Below are positions 52,901-57,235 of a stretch of DNA of 57,235 nt, one piece after another. Every line of letters begins with the position of its first letter. The first letter of the stretch is position 1. Under the pieces are notes generated by a model. The model was not told where the DNA came from, did not search any database, and saw nothing but the letters and a program-made list of their open reading frames with translations. This DNA comes from Aplysia californica. Lineage: Eukaryota. A program made the position numbers and the translations under genes. The stretch is from positions 268,673-325,907 of the forward strand of contig NW_004797660.1 of assembly GCF_000002075.1 (NCBI RefSeq), read 5' to 3'.

Positions 52901-54720
52901 TCTGTCCCACGGTCAAAGTCATAGAAATATCATTGTGATGCTAAAACCACACTATAATAACACTAACACCCACCTATTGACAACCTTGTGGTTGTGTAAA
53001 TTAGACGAATCAAAATGTTAATTCCACATGATGAACTCTTGTTCAATGTTGAGTTTAGTGTTTTGTTCATGCTTTAGTTATTCGCATCTTTCACCTCTGA
53101 GTTTATTTGCATTGCTAAGTACACCAAACACAAGCCTGAATGTGAACATCTCATTCTGAAAAAACTTCATGCAGCTTAAAAGTTCAACAACATTATCCTT
53201 CATCTAGGGAGTTTTGTTTTTTTTTAAAGAAGAAAATCAAGTACTAAATCAAACAAAGGATAGGTAATGACTCATAACCACAAAAAATGTTTACACACGA
53301 TGTATTCACAGTACAGTGCGGCAAAGATATATGTAACACGAACACANNNNNNNNNNNNNNNNNNNNNNNNNNNNNNNNNNNNNNNNNNNNNNNNNNNNNN
53401 NNNNNNNNNNNNNNNNNNNNNNNNNNNNNNNNNNNNNNNNNNNNNNNNNNNNNNNNNNNNNNNNNNNNNNNNNNNNNACACAAGCCTGAATGTGAACATC
53501 TCATTCTGAAAAAACTTCATGCAGCTTAAAAGTTCAACAACATTATCCTTCATCTAGGGAGTTTTGTTTTTTTTTAAAGAAGAAAATCAAGTACTAAATC
53601 AAACAAAGGATAGGTAATGACTCATAACCACAAAAAATGTTTACACACGATGTATTCACAGTACAGTGCGGCAAAGATATATGTAACACGAACACAGAGA
53701 ACATGAAATCATGAATAGCTCATACAATTTGCTATTCCCTGACTGGTAGCCTATAATCTCTCTTTAATTTTCCATTCAGTTAACCTGAATTTTGGACATG
53801 TCAAACCTGAATTTTGGACATGTCAAACACATTTTAATCCCTGATGTGTTTGAGTTAGAGCTATATCCGTGCCTGACTGTATGATGTATCAAAAGTTAAC
53901 TTTACTAACAACTCATAATCACTCAGCACTCTTTCAAAAACTCAAATATTTTCAATATATTGCATTCTATCAAACACTCACTCAATATTTTCAACATTAT
54001 TCAGTTCCAGTACCGGTACATCTGATACAAAAGGAGGCAAGAGTTCAACAGTGCATGAACCTTTCCAGCACCAGAGTCTTCGAAGCTCTCAAAACAATAC
54101 ATGTAATAAAAGCAAGTCTTAGCTTCACCGAAATTAAGATTGTCTGAGATTGTCATTTTTGGAAAATGCAAATTTCCATTTTTTTGAGCCCTTGATCGTT
54201 TTTCCATAAAATCCATACAATACACAGTAGAAATGGCTATAGCGGGACTTTTGGTTCTAAAAAAAAAATCTAGCTGTAGGCAAGTTCCCGCAAAAGGGAT
54301 GCAAAGGGGAAATTACCAGAAAATTTCTAAAAATCCACATGATAACCCCCCTTCCATAACAATAAAATTTGCGCTTTAGACAAATTATTAGATTAGTTGC
54401 CCTTTTTTTGTCTACTTTGTTGATTATCTCGGCCTTTAATTTGAGTGAGAAGCAATTCCTTATGTCATGTCTTTGTTAGAAGCCATATTTTCCTCGGTCT
54501 TGTTGCTTGTGCTGTCTATCGTACCGGTAGGCCTACTGTAGAAATGGTGAAGTGGATGCATGCGTATGCCTTTAATGACTATAAGCATCAACTATCGCAA
54601 TTCAATGAATCAGGAATCACACACACGCTCTCCTCTTCTTTTACTTTTTGGCCTGGCCTAGGCCTAGATTATGGCCTAGCCTATTTTATGTAATGTGTTT
54701 TTTAATGGACATGATATATA

Positions 54721-55162
54721 TGTGAGGCAGCGTGGTGGAATCAGGCTCTCGTCAAAATAATCAAAGTGAAGAAACTGGCATTTTTCTGCAGGTTTGTGTA
54801 TTCTTATAATTTTTTTGGTTTTTTGGCTCAACACCTTTCATGTCCATTTAAGAATTCATTTCTGTTTGGATTTTTCTGAAAAACATTGATTAAAGGCACA
54901 AAAAATGAAAATTTTCAGTTACCATGAACTCTTAAGATAAGGAAATAACTTATAAAACATCTTTTGCGGCCATTTTCTCATTAATTTTACCTCTGAAAAC
55001 AGGTGACCCCCACCTCCTTCATTCGCAAATATCTCGACTTGTAGTCAAGTTAAAAGGATTTTTTTTAAATCTTTAAGCTTTAAAAACAAGCTTTAAGATG
55101 ATACCAATAACTCTACATGCCCAAAAATTGACGAGAGCCTGATTCCACAACGCTGCCTCACA
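54721..55162 (+). mobile_element. Complete 442-bp MITE with 35-bp TIR and TATA flanks
   Basis: TGTGAGGCAGCGTGGTGGAATCAGGCTCTCGTCAA / TTGACGAGAGCCTGATTCCACAACGCTGCCTCACA (one mismatch). Confidence 0.9.
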
Positions 55163-55869
55163 TATATAGATATATATAGGCTATACAACTCAGATAGCTG
55201 GTTGATCAGAAAAATAAAGGAAAGTAAAGTAAAAGTAAGTAAATGAGCATAAAAGGTGTCGGGACTAAAAAAAGAAAATCAATAAAAAAACTGACCAACA
55301 GGCAGAAAAATGCCAGTTTTTAGATTTCCTTATTTTGAAGAGCGCCTGATTTCACCACATGGTCACACATATAATATAATCCGCTTATTAAATATCGACA
55401 TGCTTTGGGAAGTGGATTTGATGTCCATATATAAAAATGTTGATAAATGAAAATATAAAGCCAAAGAGGAAAAAACAAGGGGGGTCAGCGGTAAAAGATT
55501 TATAACACTACTTTTTTAACCTGGCTGCTTCCCATGGTTCTTGAAACTAACAAGAGGCAGAGGGGAGGGGGGGTTGGAGTTACGGTACCAAATACCGAGC
55601 AACATGAGGCACACACTGCACACCAGTGCAAACTTTGTTGTAGTATTCTTGAAATAAATTGACTAAACAGTTAATAAAGTGCAAAACCGACAAAAAGTTT
55701 TGATCTGGGAATAAAATAACATATTCTGAGGAGTGCAGTTGGTGCACACAAGGGAATGTAGTCTCGCTCAGTGGTGCACTCTGATTTAGTGGGTTCATGT
55801 TTATTTTTTTTTTTTTTAACCTGAAGAAAAACTAAAACCTGTTCATCAATCATCATTATAATCCCCCAA

Positions 55870-56140
55870 AAAATAATAATAATAATCTAATAAGCGCTCA
55901 TGAATCTGCTCAACAATCTTAAACCCCTTCGTTTCCAAGAGAGTGAGTTCCTACAGTCACTGTCAGCACTGACTCTTTAGTAAAGCTCACCAAGACAGTA
56001 CATGATGATGTAGCCTCATCATGTCTCAGTGTAAGTGGATTTGTCATCAAGATGATAGACCTAGCCCACTTGTGACATTTCAAAACCCTGGGTCTTCGAC
56101 TGTCCTTATTTCCCTCTATATTCACCCATCTGCTGACCCG
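55870..56140 (-). mobile_element. Probable retroposon 3' part with (ATT)n tail
   Basis: Minus strand ends ATGAGCGCTTATTAGATTATTATTATT; single copy in the window. Confidence 0.4.
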
Positions 56141-57235
56141 ATATTTAAAAAAAACTTGCAAATATATTTTATAAGTCAAAAGGTAAAATTTGTTGCCTTT
56201 TGAAAATTATTCTATGTTTTGTAACACTAACAGCAAGCCTCCATCCATAAGAAGACTTAAGAACATATATGAGCCATTGCCAAAACGTGGGGAAAAACAC
56301 ATACATTTCACATTAGTGTGCATAAAATGTGATGCATTAGTATTTATTCCTCCAAAACTTATACATATTTTAAATATAGGATGTAGAACCTGCATTAGCA
56401 GTTTCAGACCCCATGTCAGCTTTACAATCTTGAGTTTGTAAATTTTTTGCCAAAAATGTTTGGTTTTTTGTGATTCCTGGACTGTCATTTTGAGCACACC
56501 AATGCAAACTTCCAAGAATGTCCAAAATTTAGTATTTTTGGGTGTGTTTTTTTAACTTGTGCTTTGATTCTATGCTATTTGTGATCGAGAAAGGTTCATT
56601 TGCTCAAAAAATCGGTTTATTTGTTTGCAAATAAACGATTAATTCAGATCACTTGTGCGTCAGTGGTGTCGTCACAGACTAGGTGTTTCAGAAAACACCA
56701 TTATTTTTCAGTAGAATCACCACAGCTGGTTAAATCTGGTTAAAACATTCGCCGTTAAGTTAATGGCGTCACTTTGCGATGTACCGGAAGTCTGAATTTT
56801 AGCCTACTTTTGTTTTGAACGGATCATCAACAGTGCCCGGATATAATTGTTTTCCTGAGTGACTTCCCCTTACCCGCTTCCCCAGAACAGCGGAAGCAAC
56901 AGGGGAAAGGGAAAAACGAAAGTAGTCATTGCCGTCACCCTACGGTTACGCACAAGAATCTTGCATTGAATGTGACGTACTGGACTGTTTTGCGTGTTTT
57001 TAGGCTACCCTATTGAATATTTTTGTGAAATTGAAATTGCAGTGTTTACACTGGATTCCTGGAACAAGAGTGTGATGTGTGAACAAACTTCGAGAGATGG
57101 ATCATTTCTGTGGTTATAGATTTAGCTTTTGTGCTTAGTGATGACGTTTGGGGTGTCGTCATGCAGTCAAGACTGACTGACGTACTAGAAATTACACTGT
57201 CCTAAGAGCAAACATTTTTTATGTCATGTGTGCTC

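Noticed and set aside
53128-53696. Exact 219-bp direct repeat on both sides of an N gap
   Set aside because: Identical overlap across a gap is the typical scaffolding artefact.

Overview
Repeat-rich animal genomic DNA from a draft assembly with many N gaps (plausibly a mollusc; inference only). Three spliceosomal genes are recognisable. MBLAC1 lies on + with six coding exons (9101-16856). RCBTB1/2 lies on + with seven coding exons covering the RCC1 repeats (33110-42623); the rest of the gene, including the BTB domain, is not seen. Two intact but unusually substituted exons of PRPF8 lie on - (44534-45960), and no other PRPF8 exon is visible. The remainder is mobile DNA: two decayed Ty3/Gypsy LTR elements, tRNA-derived SINEs, LINE fragments, a duplicated Tc1 fossil, nested elements with 6-bp target-site duplications (TSDs; one carries a hAT-like transposase remnant) and many MITEs. 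The most unusual signal is that three exon donor junctions between 40 and 46 kb have each seeded tandem repeats in the downstream intron. These are a dense array of consensus 5' splice sites in RCBTB1, six frame-preserving 24-nt pseudo-microexons (two with in-frame stops) in PRPF8, and a retroposon 5' end that itself forms a PRPF8 donor. All calls come from reading the sequence by eye; no searches were run.
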